Positions 42,436-54,730 of a stretch of DNA of 64,000 bases are shown in pieces (within the stretch, counting starts at the first letter, position 1; every line of letters begins with the position of its first letter). The DNA comes from Octopus sinensis (Eukaryota). The DNA is taken from NCBI RefSeq assembly GCF_006345805.1, contig NC_042998.1, forward strand, positions 50,592,001 through 50,656,000. Reading direction: 5' to 3'. Position numbers and translations under genes: made by a program. The notes beneath the pieces were generated by a model. The model had not been told where the DNA came from and searched no databases. It saw only the letters and a program-made list of their open reading frames with translations.

Positions 42436-43559
42436 ACTTAAATTACGTCCGTGTTGTGAATGGAAATGTAATAGAACGAAAACTCAACTATCGTTAAACC
42501 GTCCAATTCCAACACTCTGCTCAATGAGTTCAAATTCTGCCGATGTCAACTTTGCTTTCTATGTATGTATATTTTTCTTTGAGCTGTATTGAACTTCTTA
42601 AGAGAATTCAGCTTGGTCGCTAACAAAGTGACAAGGCTTTCTCAGTTAACAGAGTTCTTGACGATTATAAGTTTGTCGGTGAGTGGGTGTGCTGGTTGAA
42701 CTTTTTGCTGAAAAGATGCAAACCCGTGTGCAATCTATTCACCTAAAGAATCGCAGATAGACAATCTTTGGAGTGTCATACAAATCTTTACTGTGCTGCT
42801 AATAGAGTGGATTTGAAGAATACGCGTTAGTTTCTGTTGCTCTTTTTTTTTTGCAAAACTTTGTAATTCTAGGTTTTGTGTATATCTGTAGGTACATAGC
42901 CTAATGCACCTTTAATAATAGGTACAAATGAAAATTTATAATCAAGGTGAAAGAGTTGGAAGTTCCGCATTAACTCACTATAAACGTTCTCTTTTCTTGG
43001 ACTTTAGATGTTACATTCACATCCACTGGGCTGCTAACCTTTACAACAGTGCATGTCATTTGTTCTCTTTTCCATACAACACAATCAGGTCTGTTGTGTT
43101 TGCACCGACTTGCTATTCTTTATTGGAGTGTTCCACCAGTATTCTTTATTTTTAAAGGTGCGAAATCTTTTTGCAGAAAGCATTGTAAATAGATTTTGCA
43201 ATATAGCATGCCTCAAAGGAAGGTAGTATCATGTACACATTTTGGAGCATCTTATGGTTATGTGGGTGGTATTTTCCCCACTGGTATAATACAGCTGATA
43301 GGGTGGCGAGGTGGCAGAAACGTTATCACGCCGGGCGAAATGCTTAGCAGGATTTCGTCTGCCGCTACGATCTGAGTTCAAATTCCGACGAGGTCGTCTT
43401 TGCCTTTCATCCTTTTGAAGTCGATTAAATAAGTACCAATTACACATCGGGGTCGATATAATAGACTTAATCCGTTTGTCTGTCCTTGTTTGTCCACTCT
43501 GTGTTTAACCCCTTGTGGGTAGTAAAGGAATAGGTATAATATAGCTGATATTTTTTATA

Positions 43560-43815
43560 TCACAAAGTGGAGGCCCGAACTAGATATCATTGCATCCAGA
43601 GTAAGAACCAAATACTGCTACAATTTAGGGTTCAAGGATCAAGGGGCTTTTTTGTATCCTGCCATAAATTAAAAAACAAATATGTATGAGGCGTGTATGT
43701 GCAAGTCCTCAAAGAGCATTTAGGCAATTTTGTTTATCTGAGATACCAGATGAACCCGCATCTCTGCAAAGAACTCATCATATAAAGGCAGCTTTGTCCA
43801 ACTCATTACTTCACC
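43560..43815 (+). mobile_element. Old 3' fragment of a CR1/L2-group LINE
   Basis: RVRTKYCYNLGFK and LSEIPDEP......KAALSNSLLHQ, similar to the C-terminus of the 48.5 kb LINE (TVPDKP....ANNNSLLEW). Confidence 0.55.
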
Positions 43816-44007
43816 AGAACCAAATCCAGAGAGAGAGCCTAAAAGTGAGTTTGAAATAAACTAGCAATCGCTTGAATGGCGGCTGTCCAGCATGGTCACA
43901 GAAATAGTAAAAGTATGAGTAACCCATTCTATGCAATTCAAGCAATATCAAATTAAAACATTTACCATATTTAATGCATATATAAACCGTTAAGAGGCAA
44001 GCAATTA

Positions 44008-44265
44008 CTGTCTCCGTCCGAGATTTTAAAAAATCTCTTATGGACGTGTCGTGTGTAAAAATACAATATATATCGGAGGGAGACAAAGATTCTTTCCCGT
44101 TACGCCTATCCAGAATACCAGATGCATTTTAACCTTGTTTGGCCGAGTCAATGATTTGCTGCTGCAGCCAGTTACATTCCTGGCAAGATCTATCACCCCA
44201 GTTATACATTGTGTTTTAAGACAAAACCCGTCCATAAGAGATTTTATCTTGGACGAAAATAACAG
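44008..44265. mobile_element. MITE with imperfect ~40-bp TIRs and TA flanks
   Basis: Perfect 17-bp inverted core AAAATCTCTTATGGACG / CGTCCATAAGAGATTTT; ends TA|CTGT ... ACAG|TA. Confidence 0.6.
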
Positions 44266-44328
44266 TAACTTTCTTACCAGAGGTGTAAATACATAAATAT
44301 TATATATGGATATTTTAAAACTAGACGT

Positions 44329-44371
<43 letters not shown>

Positions 44372-44566
44372 CGAACACACACACACACAAGCGCAAACAC
44401 ACATAGATATCACCAAAATTCAGGTGCAAGATGAAGTATTTATTCCATTTCTTGGCAGTTTCGTATTTTGCATCCTGTTACATCAGCGACATAGTGTTAT
44501 GCATATATAGTAGTGTTGCAACATAAAGAATAAAATCTCACGTCAGAGCATTTCCTCAGAGCGCTT

Positions 44567-44603
<37 letters not shown>

Positions 44604-44765
44604 CGTGCGCACGTTTACTTCTACTTTTAAAATATCCATATATAATATTTTGTATCTACACCGTTGGTAAGCAAGTTACTGTCATATGTTTGGATCTGAC
44701 ACCTGGCAGAGAATTAACTGTGGGCTCCGTGTGAATCTTTGAAGCGCTATTTCTGTTTTATATAG

Positions 44766-44841
<76 letters not shown>

Positions 44842-45319
44842 ATAATAATAACGATAATAATAATCCTTTCTACTAAAAGCATAAGGCCTAAAATTTGGGG
44901 ATACGGGACTAGTCGATAATATTTGACCCCAGTGTTTCACTGGTACTTAATTTATCGACCCCGAAAGGATGATAAAAGGCAAAGTCGACCTCGGCGGAAT
45001 TTGAGATGAGTACGTAAGGACAGACGAAATGCATCTAAGCATTCTACCCAATAATAACAATAATAACATAGTCTGATTTTCACGTATAATGATAATAGAA
45101 TAATATATATCGTGATAAGTGTAATACTTAAATGTGTTCCGCAATCATCAGGTTTATGTAGTAGTCGTGACAGTCGTCTTCCACAACCGACAACTGATAT
45201 ATATATATATATATATTGGTAAAACGGTAAGATAACAAAAGAAAGAAAGAGACCTCAATATTATGTAAATAGAGGAAATTTATCAATACAACAATATGTT
45301 ACATTACTCAATAGTCAAG

Positions 45320-45375
45320 ATAAAACTCTGAATTTCAGATGCCGAAGTGGGAATCCACGACATCTCTTCGGTTAT
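45320..45375 (-). ncRNA. Variant hammerhead-like motif
   Basis: AUAA CCGAAGA GAUG...CAUC U GAAA UUCAGAG UU UUAU. Helix I is perfect; the core has U4C and one extra nucleotide before GAAA. Confidence 0.45.
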
Positions 45376-45839
45376 TTGGCTATTTGAAAACGCTATGAAA
45401 AAAAAAATATATATATATATGCATACATATAAAAACAGATAAGTGGTACAACAAGGCACCAATATTTACTGGAAAATTGCAATCGATACAAATACGACGC
45501 TATTGTATAGTTTCACTGCGTATTTACTAGCAAAGATGTGTGTCTGTGCAACAAACATGAAAAATTTGTCTTACCTCTAGGAAGAACATTCGATAAATGG
45601 ACAACCTAAAATAGGATAATGCAGGACCGGTTTCTAACTCTTCAAATACGTTTGACAACGTAAATTTGATCAGTCTTCATCAGCTGCATTTACCTAAACA
45701 ATATTTCAAATGTTGCCACAACAATGCCAGTATACTCGCCTCTGTTTTTATATGTATAATTCTACCCTTATGGGGCTTTATTTTACTGGAAAGTAATACA
45801 TTTGTACAGCAATAATTTATACATATATATATATATATA

Positions 45840-45871
<32 letters not shown>

Positions 45872-45890
45872 ATGTATGTATGCATGTATG

Positions 45891-45954
<64 letters not shown>

Positions 45955-46689
45955 TTAGTTTTGTTTGGGAAAAAGCCTCAGAATGCGCTCTTAAAAGCTC
46001 CTATGCTTTTCCTTGTCGGGTACCACCTGTTAATACCATATTCTAGAGTAATCCGATGGTATGGTTATACAACGTGGAACTCCCTTCAGCTTAGGATAAA
46101 TATGATAATAACAATAATAACGTGCAGATGAAAATTCATAGGCTTTATTAATGCACACAACACGCTCATTAGATAACACTCTTCTATATTCATAAGATAT
46201 TACTTACAAGAGGGACCCGTGAATATTTCACCTATTGGGTTATACCTGAAGGCTTTATCCAAAAAGACTGAAAGCGTAGCCTGTGTTGTGCGTGTATCAA
46301 AAGATAGTCACCCATCTGCTATTCATTGAAAAGTGAAGTAAACTGGAATTCGATGATTATTTAATGCACTTTATATATATATATACTTTATATACTTTAT
46401 GCACAATTTTATAGACTTAATACACAACACTCACAAAATAAATATTCACTCTTATTTTTCCGTTTTTCCCATAAACAGAAAAAATTACATTTTCAAATTT
46501 ACATGCTCACAATTTCATATCTAGAAAACAAAAATTTTGCATTAAAAGAATTATTTTATATCTAAAATATCGATGTCATAATTTCACGAGAGTAAAAATT
46601 TAATGCAACATAGCATACTTTGAAAACCATATTGTCGGTAACTTATAAGACAAGGCGATGGATCAGAGCCAATACACATTTCAATTGGC

Positions 46690-47526
46690 GTACACCATTC
46701 ACTTCTTTGCAGGCTATGTTCTTCGTGTAGGTTCTCCCTCTTCTTTTCCCGTGCTTTTCTGTGTTGATAACTTCAACTCTCACATCAGATAATTTGCGAA
46801 GCCTAGAGAATGCAACAGATAGCTAATCATGGCTGAATACAGGTTCAAGCAAGAACAACCCCACTTTATCAAATGTCTGTTCTTGTCATTTATTGATAGT
46901 CATTGCATATGACAGGCGAACGGGAAACTGGTTTCTTCCTGAAGTGAATGGCAAGTTTGGGATGCGCATGTGTTAAGTGTTAAGTGATAGGTGATATAAA
47001 AAAACATTAGTTCAATTAAAAGAAAAATTACTTTCACTATTCACTCACCATCTACAGCTCCACCACCACCATCGCCATTATCTCTGTCTCCCCCTCCCTC
47101 TCTCTCTCTCTTTCTCTCTCTGCTTTTCTTTAATCTCACCATCAGAACATCACCCCTCTGCTAAAATTATACTCCTAAACTTCCTCTATATCCCTACCTC
47201 CAACTAACTTTTTTAACCACGTAATAAATACTACGTTCCCGCTACCACATGTCATGGACGCTTCTCTCTCTGTCTTTCCTCTCTCTTTCTGCTTCACTCT
47301 TCATCTAATACTCTTTTTCTCTTTCCTTTTTCTTTCTTTTCTTCACTCTTTCCCCTTTAGCTAATCACGCGAAAGCATTACAATTACGTTCCTTCTACCT
47401 CACGTTATGGACACTTCTCTCACCTTCTTTTTCACTCGCCCTCTTTCCTTTCTTTTTCTCTAATGGCGTGAATGCGTTACCGACAGGCTAAGTAACGTAG
47501 TGACAAGCAGAATTATTATAAGAGGA
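46690..47526 (-). mobile_element. Helitron remnant (helicase C-terminus, putative 5' TC end)
   Basis: 46970-46690 reads [49 protein letters not shown]...TKNIACKEV. A|TCCTCTTATAATAA at 47526 resembles a Helitron 5' end (weaker call). No 3' hairpin/CTAG was found. Confidence 0.75.
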
Positions 47527-48468
47527 TGACTTCATATTTAGGAATTTGAAGTTTTTCTTTTTTCAACCCCCTTTTTAACGTGGATGCTTCCTCAGGTGTG
47601 GCATTTTTGTTTCTGCAAGCCAGCTATGCTGACTTTAAGGGCATTTACAATTTTACACCAATTAAATCATTTCATTCAATTGTTGGGCTTTTCTTGTGAC
47701 TAACCACAGATAAACATATCTTATGAATAAGGAATATTCTTTTCTACTCTAGCCACAAGGAGAGGGGGCAGTCGATTAGATTGACCCCAGTACGCAACTG
47801 GTACTTAATTCATCGACCCTGAAAGGATGAAAGGCAATGTTAACCTCGGTGGAATTTGAGCTCAGGACATAAAGACAGACGAAATACCTATTTCGTTGCT
47901 GCCCACAAGTTGCTACACACAGAGAGGACAAACAAGGGCAGACAAATGGATTAAGTCGATTATATCGACCCCAGTGCGTATCTGGTACTTTACTTATCGA
48001 CCCCGAAAGGATGAAAGGCAAAGTCGACCTCGGCGGAATTTGAACTCACAACGTAACGCAGACGAAATACCGGTAAGCATTTCACCCGGCGTGCAAACGT
48101 TTTTGCCTGCTCGCCGTCTTGACTGGATGGTAATATTATCTGGATTGTATATTAGCGATAATTATAACGGTAGAAAATATAGAGACTGGCACATCATTAT
48201 GAATAAGGAATATTATTGCTGAATCAACGTGTGGGGCGTAGAAACATATTTTGTAATGCATTAATTAAGCCTATGAATTTCCATCTGCAATTTATTATTG
48301 TTATTATTATATTTAGCCTAAGCTGAAGGGGGTTCCACGTTGTATAACCATACCATCGAATTACCCAGGAAAATGGAATTAACAGGCGGTAACCGACAAA
48401 GAGAAGCACAGGAGCTTTTAAGAGCGCATTCTGAGGCCTTTGCCGAAACAAAGCTAAACCGATATAAG

Positions 48469-48503
<35 letters not shown>

Positions 48504-48504
<1 letters not shown>

Positions 48505-51500
48505 ATGAATCTAGCAAAAGAACTGGAAAAAAACATCCGAGCTATCACCCACCACCATCCACCACTATTACCCCACTGCACATACCATTAAAAAGTAATC
48601 AAATAAACAAATCACCAAAACAATTAAAACCATCCACTCTCGCCTCAACATTTCTGCTTAATGCCCAAGGCATCAGCCCTTCCACCAGTACACAAAAATG
48701 GAAGATAAGATTCCTGGAGGACTGGGTCGAGGCCCATCCAAACCACATCCCTTTCTTCGTCCTCACTGAAACCCATCTTAGTGACCTCCACTTGGAAGCC
48801 GAGGTGAAAGTCAAAAATTTCAAAACCATTCGTGCTGATCGTGCTGGCAGAAGAAAGGGTGGGACTGCCATTTATGTCCATGATTCATTCTCAACAGAAG
48901 CCATGAACATATTTTCCAATGGATACTGCGAAGCAGTCGCTGTATTCAGTCAAACCAACAACTTAACAGTAGTTGGGCTCTACAGACCACCCCAAACGCC
49001 CCTACCATGCTTCAAGGAATGCCTCAACAGCATAAAGTGTTTCATTCAGCAGTGTCAACCTGACAACATTTTAATGATGGGAGACTTCAACCTTCCTGGG
49101 GTTGACTGGTCTACAAACAGTCTGCCGCCAGGTTCTTCTCTCTCAACCCCTGACAGGGAGGCAGTGGAATCGCTTCTTGACTTCATGGATGACTTCTTTT
49201 TGTCCCAACTGGTACTCGAACCAACGAGATGTCACAAAAACGTCTTAGACTTAATTTTCAGCAATCACACTGATACTATCCACAATGTTGCAGTGGAGAA
49301 AACCCTACTCTCCGACCATGACATGGTTCTCTGTGATCTGAGATTTCACTGGCCAAAATGCAAAACAAATGTCATCCCTCCTGTTCATCCATTTGACACT
49401 ATGGATTTCCACAATGCAAACTGGGAAGCGATCAATAATGATCTTGCACAAGTCGATTGGTCCTTCACGCACACATACACACCCACTAACATCAAAAAGT
49501 CCTGGCAGTCACTTGTAGACACCATCACGAACATATGCGCAAGACACACCCCATTAAGATCTGCAAACAAATCTAAGTGTCGAATCCCTAGAAATAGAAA
49601 ATCTCTCATAAGGAAAATTAAAAGAATCAATAAAAAGATCAACATGCTGAAATACTGTCAACAGCAACACACCAACCTGACTGCCATCTCGTCGCTAGAG
49701 ATTAAAAAACATAAACTCCAAAACAACATGATGTCTATCATCAATAGTCAGCGAAGAGCTGAAGAGGCCTGGGCCATTGAGAAGATCAAACTCAATCCCA
49801 AAGTGTTCTTTTCATTTGCAAAAAAACACAGAGTCACTGGTTCTACTGTTGGCCCTCTGATTGATGAAAATGGTACTCTTCAAGACAATGCCAAAACCAT
49901 GGGAGAGATATTGCAGAAACAATATTGCTCTGTTTTCAGCAATCCTGATATGACTGATCTGGGCTGTATCAGTGATGTTACTCCCCAATACACTTTATCG
50001 GACATAACATTTGGCGCTCCTGATGTCTTAGCAGCAATAAAGGAAATGAAGCATAATTCAGCAGTAGGTCCCGATAGGTTCCCTGCTTGTGTCTTGAAGA
50101 TGTGTCAAAACCAACTTGCACCCCCTCTAGCCAATCTGTGGCGGAACTCACTGGATGCTGGATATATACCAGAAGACCTTCTATCCCAGTCTGTTGTCCC
50201 AGTTTTCAAAAAAGGAAACAAATCGCTTGCCGTGAATTACCGTCCAATCTCACTCACCTCTCATATCATCAAGGTATTTGAGAGGGTGCTGAGATCGCGT
50301 ATGACTCACTTCCTTGAGAGTCATAATATGCTGAACCCCAACCAGCATGGATTCCGTAATGGGAGAGATTGCCTGACGCAGCTACTGCATCATTTTGATG
50401 ACATTTTGAGAGCCTTGGGAGAAGGTTCCAACACTGATGTCATCTACCTTGATTTCAGCAAGGCCTTTGACAGGGTTGATCATAAGATCCTTCTGAGAAA
50501 GCTGTCCAATATTGGTGTCACTGGAAAGCTGCTGCAATGGATCAAGTGCTTCCTGTCTAACAGAACCCAACATGTTGTAGTCGAAGGAGTCAAATCCAGC
50601 CCAGCCAAAGTCAGCAGTGGTGTGTCCCACAAGGCACTGTGTTGGGCCCACTTCTCTTCATCATCTACATAAATGATATTACTGACACCATCAACACAGT
50701 AACATCAGAACCTTCGCTGATGATTCCAAGCTCCAGAAGGTCATCAATGGCGTGGATGACCGAATAAACCTTCAGTCAGACCTACTGGCTGTTGTCCAAT
50801 GGGCGGAAAAAAATAACATGTTGCTAAATGAAGACAAATTCGAACTGATCCACTTTGGAAGGGAGGACGCTCTGAAACTCCCATACTCTCTTCCTTCTGG
50901 AGAATTTCTCATGGCATCCAACAACATCAGAGACCTGGGAGTAACAGTGGACAACAACATAAGCTGGGCTACACATATAAGCAGCAAAGTTGACATGGCC
51001 CGCGAATGTGTTCCTGGATTCTCAGAACCTTCCAGTCGAGAGATTCCCACGCTATTATCCTTCTCTTCTCCACTTTTGCCCGACCCCACCTTGAATACTG
51101 CTGTCCACTGTGGTCTCCCTACACAAAACAAAATATTATGAGAATTGAAGCTCCCCAAAGGTCAATCACAAAAAAGATAGATGGCATGTCAGACCTTGAC
51201 TACTGGGGTAGACTAGAGAAGCTGAAATTGTATTCACTCCAACGACGCCGTGAACGCTACATTATCTGTATGATGTGGAAAATATTCCATCAGCACTGTC
51301 CGAATGATGTTGGCATCACCTTCAAAATGCATCCAAGGCTTGGACCACGTGCCATCCGTCCACAACAAAAATCTAAATCGCATCACATAACGACAATACG
51401 GCACAACTATTTCACCTCAATTGGACCCGCTCTCTTCAACATTACACCAGGACACATCAAAAAAGAAACTGACCACACAAAATTCAAGAAGTCTTTGGAC

Positions 51501-51687
51501 AAATTCCTTCAAACAGTACCGGACAAACCACCCACATCTGGATATGTCTCCGCAAACAATAACTCTCTGCTCGAATGGGCCTTGGTGCCCAAATCCTGAA
51601 CTGAAAGACTTCGCCAGGTGGTGCTATTAAGTTAGACATGGCCTGGGCCAATACTGGCCAAAAACCTTTCTAAGTTATTCTAAGTTA
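48504..51687 (+). mobile_element. 5'-truncated CR1/L2-group LINE (ORF1 tail, APE+RT ORF2, 3'UTR)
   Basis: End of ORF1 (MNLAKELEKNIRAITHHHPP...*, stop ~48591) followed by ORF2. 3' tail is (TTCTAAGTTA)2 at 51668-51687. Both ends are embedded in (TA)n. Clade assignment rests on motif recall only. Confidence 0.92.
48651..51599 (+). pseudogene. LINE ORF2 endonuclease/reverse transcriptase with three frameshifts; true start uncertain
   Basis: APE motifs LNAQG, LTETHL, YRPP, GDFNLP, LDLIFSN, SDH. RT motifs PVFKKG, NYRPISLTS, QHGFR, YLDFSKAFD, SGVPQGTVLGP (after frameshift ~50625), FADDSK (after frameshift ~50697). C-terminus YSLQRRRERY follows a frameshift at ~51003. Confidence 0.92.
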
Positions 51688-51695
51688 TATATATA

Positions 51696-51727
<32 letters not shown>

Positions 51728-51960
51728 CAGTTGTCGGTTGTGGAAGACGACTGTCACGACTACTACATAACCTGATGATTGCCGAACGCATTTAATTTAC
51801 ACTATCACGATATATATTATTCTATTATCATTACAATATTGTAAAATTGTAAAAATTATAAATAATAAAACGTGAAAATCAGACTATGTTGGGTTGACAA
51901 GCAATATATTGACAGTGCATACAATATGTATCTATGTATCTATGTATTATGTATGTTTGC

Positions 51961-52021
<61 letters not shown>

Positions 52022-52113
52022 CTTAAAATTGATATAGGGTAGGAAAAATTATAGAATTTTTTTCTACCAGTGGACTAGCATGTATACAAAGTTAATAGAC
52101 ATATTTTTCATAT

Positions 52114-52455
52114 AAAATTAGTGTATATTTAAATACGAAGAGGTTCGCCTTAAACAGGTCGCCTTACATACTAGAAGGAACAGTCAAGAAGTCCAAACCA
52201 CAGTTAAGAGCAATTTCGAAGGGAATGAAAAATAAAAACATTTACCATGTTTTACAGCCGGACCTTAGGTTTCGAACTTTAATTAGCAAATAAAATAATT
52301 TGCAAGGCGAAGTTCTCATCAGTGGATATGCCAAAACATTAACATATAAATTCGAAATTGCTCTTAACTGTGGTTTGGACTTTTTGATTGTACCTTCTAG
52401 TATATAAGGCGACCTTTTTAAGGTTCACCTCTTTGTGTTTAAGTGTACACTAATT
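52114..52455. repeat. Foldback element: ~105-bp inverted arms around an HHR
   Basis: 52114-52220 is the reverse complement of 52350-52455, including the perfect GTCCAAACCACAGTTAAGAGCAATTTCGAA. Confidence 0.85.
52258..52326 (-). ncRNA. Type I hammerhead ribozyme candidate (GUC site)
   Basis: UCCA CUGAUGA GAACUU-(GCAAAU/AUUUGC)-AAGUUC GAAA CC-UAA-GG UC CGG; helix I is imperfect. Confidence 0.75.
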
Positions 52456-52481
52456 TATATATATAAATATATATATGTGTG

Positions 52482-52531
<50 letters not shown>

Positions 52532-52534
52532 TGT

Positions 52535-52577
<43 letters not shown>

Positions 52578-52581
<4 letters not shown>

Positions 52582-53375
52582 CAAAACGCCCCCCGTCCAA
52601 TGGACGGTGCTGAGTTGTCAAACATTTAAACCAAATTTTCTCAAAACAACTTGTCTGACCGTTCCATAGGCCTCCCCTTTCAGAAACACTGATTTAACCT
52701 AAATTTGAGACACCAGCAAAAGAAGAAATAAAGATAGACTGTTTTTCTATTCCAAAGAAAAACGATTTTATTCACACAAATATGCAACCGAAGCGTTTAA
52801 AGTACCAGCAATGATAAGGCTGTTGACTGGAAGAACACAAACATGGTAAATCATTTATTAGCAAGAAAATAGTATTTTCTTCCTTGAATAGAAAGCAATC
52901 AGTGTTTTCTTTTCATTGAAAAATAATTAAGCATGCCTTTATTTCAATAAAATATTTTTGATTTTGTTAAACGAAGTTAAGGCAAAAAATGCTTCTTGAG
53001 CTACAAATAGTCTATCTTTCCTTCATGCCAAGTTTGAAGAAAATACCTCTTTTGCATCTTACTTTTTTGGTCTCTTAAATATACTGCAATTTGTGGCATT
53101 ATTTCAAGACAGCCGGCTTTTTTTGTGCAAACTGCACGTGCATTTTTCTCGCGTACGTGTAGAATCGATCGCAACAGCTGATGTACTTGCGCGTACAAAT
53201 GCACGTTCCCACGGCTTTATCGATCGCATTCTAACCTGGAATCGATTTTCGTAATTTTTTCAAGACTTATACGCGCCCTGATACCGTCGGTATCTACATA
53301 TCAAATTTGAGCGCAATCGGATGGAGGACACCCGAGGTCCTAGAAGACACACACAGAGACAGACAGAACGGATTT

Positions 53376-53380
<5 letters not shown>
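52578..53380 (-). mobile_element. Non-autonomous Helitron-like element
   Basis: Perfect hairpin CCGTCC-AAT-GGACGG at 52593-607, about 11 nt from a CTCG|T terminus. The opposite end is ATATAAAATCCGTTCTG in a TA run. Confidence 0.6.
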
Positions 53381-53467
<87 letters not shown>

Positions 53468-54077
53468 TGGCAAGCAATATAACTGACAGTGTATACATGT
53501 ATAAGTATGTATTATGCATTTATGCATATATATATACAAATATATATAAACTTGTACACACACAGACACACACAGATATACGTCAGTGTGTAAGCGTTCG
53601 TGCGCGCATGTGTGTGCATCGGTTGTAAGGGAATTGTTGCACAGAATTCTTTCTGTCTTCACCATTTTCGTTCATCTCCCATTTCTTGTCCCACAACTAT
53701 CAATCAGTTGTAATACAAAAATTAAAAGCAAAAAGAACAACAAAAGCACCACGAAATTTTCTTCATGAATTGAATATTAAAGAGTAATTTTTTTTAACGA
53801 CTTTTTAAACAGTTCAAAATTTTATTTTAAAAAAAAAACCCACTTATTATATATTATATGAGTAGTATTTGTATCGTTAAAACTATAACACGAGTTCAAA
53901 GCTTCTAAAATGACATTTTTATGTCTTTTCAAATATAAATTCAAGTGAGGTTACATAGATAAGTATTTTCTGAAATAAATAAAAATAAATGAATTTTAAG
54001 GATAGGTGTGGAAGATGATTTTATTGTGGTGGATTTTTTTCTTGAATTATTTATATCAGCTATGTAAGATTCAGTGG

Positions 54078-54078
54078 A

Positions 54079-54134
<56 letters not shown>

Positions 54135-54144
54135 TATTATTATT

Positions 54145-54176
<32 letters not shown>

Positions 54177-54477
54177 TATTATTATTATTTTTATTATTAT
54201 TATTACTATTATTATTATTATTATATTATTATTATTACCATCATCATCTTCATTATTATTATTATTAGTAGTAGTAGTAGTAGTAGTATAAATGTCACGC
54301 AGGCTTAATCCTTGACATACTGAGTAATTCAGATTCTATTAGATTGTGTGTGTATCTATATATATAGAGAGAGAGACGGGTGTATATGTGTATGTGTATA
54401 GATAGATGGATACTTATATGCATATATATATATATGCCTATATGCATAACGTTTTACACATGTATGTATATATGCAA

Positions 54478-54542
<65 letters not shown>

Positions 54543-54730
54543 TGTATGTATGCATGTATGCATGTATGTATGTATGTATGTATGTATGTATGTATGTATG
54601 TATGTATGCATGTATGTATGTATGTATGTATGTATGTATGTATGTATGTATGTATGTATGTATGTATGTATGTATGTATGTTGTATGTATGTATGTATGT
54701 ATGTATGTATGCATACATGCATGTATGTAT
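54078..54730. repeat. Compound microsatellite (ATT)n/(CAT)n/(AGT)n, then (TA)n/(TATG)n
   Basis: Read directly from the sequence. Confidence 0.95.
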
